DNA of 64,000 bases, taken from assembly GCF_000186385.1 (NCBI RefSeq), contig NC_014958.1:2487077-2551076 (forward strand), written 5' to 3'. The position numbers and the translations under genes were made by a program. Shown here in pieces: positions 63,423-64,000 of this stretch. Below the pieces are notes generated by a model. The model was not told the origin of the DNA, did no database searches, and saw nothing but the letters and a program-made list of their open reading frames with translations. The stretch comes from Deinococcus maricopensis DSM 21211 (GTDB lineage: Bacteria; Deinococcota; Deinococci; Deinococcales; Deinococcaceae). The number at the start of each line of letters is the position of its first letter. Positions within the stretch are counted from its first letter, which is position 1.

Positions 63423-64000
63423 GTGTCCCGTTCTCCTCGCCTGGCGCCCAGCATTCTGTCCTGCGACTTCTCCCGGCTCGGCGACGAGCTGCGCGCCATC
63501 CAGCAGGGCGGCGCCGACCTCGTCCACGTCGACGTGATGGACGGCCTGTTCGTGCCGAACATCAGTTTCGGCCTGCCCATCCTCGCTGCGGCGCGCCGCG
63601 CCACCGACCAGTACCTCGACGTGCACCTCATGATCGAGCAGCCCGAGCGGTACATCGACGCGTTCGTGCAGGCCGGCGCGGACGGCCTGACCGTGCACGT
63701 GGAGGCCACCAGGCACCTGCACCGCGTCGTCCAGCAGATCCGCGCGCACGGCCGCGACGCGGGCGTCACCCTGAACCCGGGGACGCCGCTCGAAACGCTG
63801 CGGCCGGTCCTCGCGGACGTGCAGCGCGTGCTGATCATGAGCGTCAACCCTGGCTTCGGCGGGCAGGCGTTCATTCCGAGCGCCCTGGACCGCATCCGCG
63901 CCGTGCGCGCGTGGCTGGACGACGTGAACCCCGACGCACACCTGGAGGTGGACGGCGGCGTCGGCCCTGCGAACATCCGCGCGCTCATGGACGCCGGCGC
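63423..64000 (+). CDS. rpe: ribulose-phosphate 3-epimerase (3'-truncated by window edge)
   Basis: [28 protein letters not shown] motifs; runs off the window end so it is absent from the ORF track; start GTG 63423 (or ATG 63414) sits right after an extended -10 TGGTAGAAT. Confidence 0.85.
   Translation, partial: MSRSPRLAPSILSCDFSRLGDELRAIQQGGADLVHVDVMDGLFVPNISFGLPILAAARRATDQYLDVHLMIEQPERYIDAFVQAGADGLTVHVEATRHLHRVVQQIRAHGRDAGVTLNPGTPLETLRPVLADVQRVLIMSVNPGFGGQAFIPSALDRIRAVRAWLDDVNPDAHLEVDGGVGPANIRALMDAG

Overview
This 64-kb window is about 69% GC and densely coding. It looks Deinococcus-like: the giant sensor kinase has a bacteriophytochrome (DrBphP)-type HisKA, several start codons sit at the +1 position of good promoters (leaderless starts), and terminators are GC-rich hairpins that mostly lack U-tracts. 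I found no rRNA, tRNA, CRISPR array, transposase or prophage signature.

Recognisable housekeeping content, in order:
- A 4-gene membrane/lipid module: DUF1206, a UPF0104 flippase-like protein, a DAGK-type lipid kinase and a PHP phosphoesterase.
- A class-III aminotransferase and citrate synthase.
- A complete pstS-pstC-pstA-pstB-phoU phosphate-uptake operon, preceded by arrays of CTGAC direct repeats at 11-bp spacing that look like Pho boxes.
- Two tandem paralogous secreted S8 subtilisins in low-GC flanks, then hisB-hisH, glgB and an S33 tripeptidyl-aminopeptidase-like lipoprotein.
- A 16S rRNA guanine-N2 methyltransferase RsmC-like methyltransferase and rpoD, followed by a DUF4129 / MoxR AAA+ ATPase / DUF58 operon.
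- Ohr, a flotillin-NfeD pair, pdxH, mutM, pcp and a dGTPase-like HD hydrolase.
- An SDR, a PadR-like regulator, OsmC and a GNAT acetyltransferase.
- A 1510-aa hybrid sensor kinase translationally coupled to aroE.
- The cluster phoH, a membrane GGDEF protein, ybeY, dgkA, a CorC/CNNM-type protein and cdd.
- A TetA-like MFS transporter coupled to a small GIY-YIG protein, DUF1517, DUF808, recG, a second SDR, and mfd divergent from the 5' end of rpe.

The most unusual items are these:
- (i) The hybrid kinase carries two complete HisKA+HATPase cores flanking a receiver domain.
- (ii) The Pho-box-like repeat arrays upstream of pstS, pstC and phoU.
- (iii) A 45-bp near-palindrome that contains the start codons of two divergent genes.
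- (iv) A consensus sigma-70 promoter positioned to give a leaderless mRNA for a hypothetical protein; mfd and rpe also look leaderless.
- (v) A family of GGGAGGGCC-type palindromic hairpins at gene ends.
- (vi) A 330-bp GC-rich non-coding convergent region at 59324-59652.

I do not see a clear new defence or secondary-metabolite system. All domain calls come from reading the translations by eye, with no database search.
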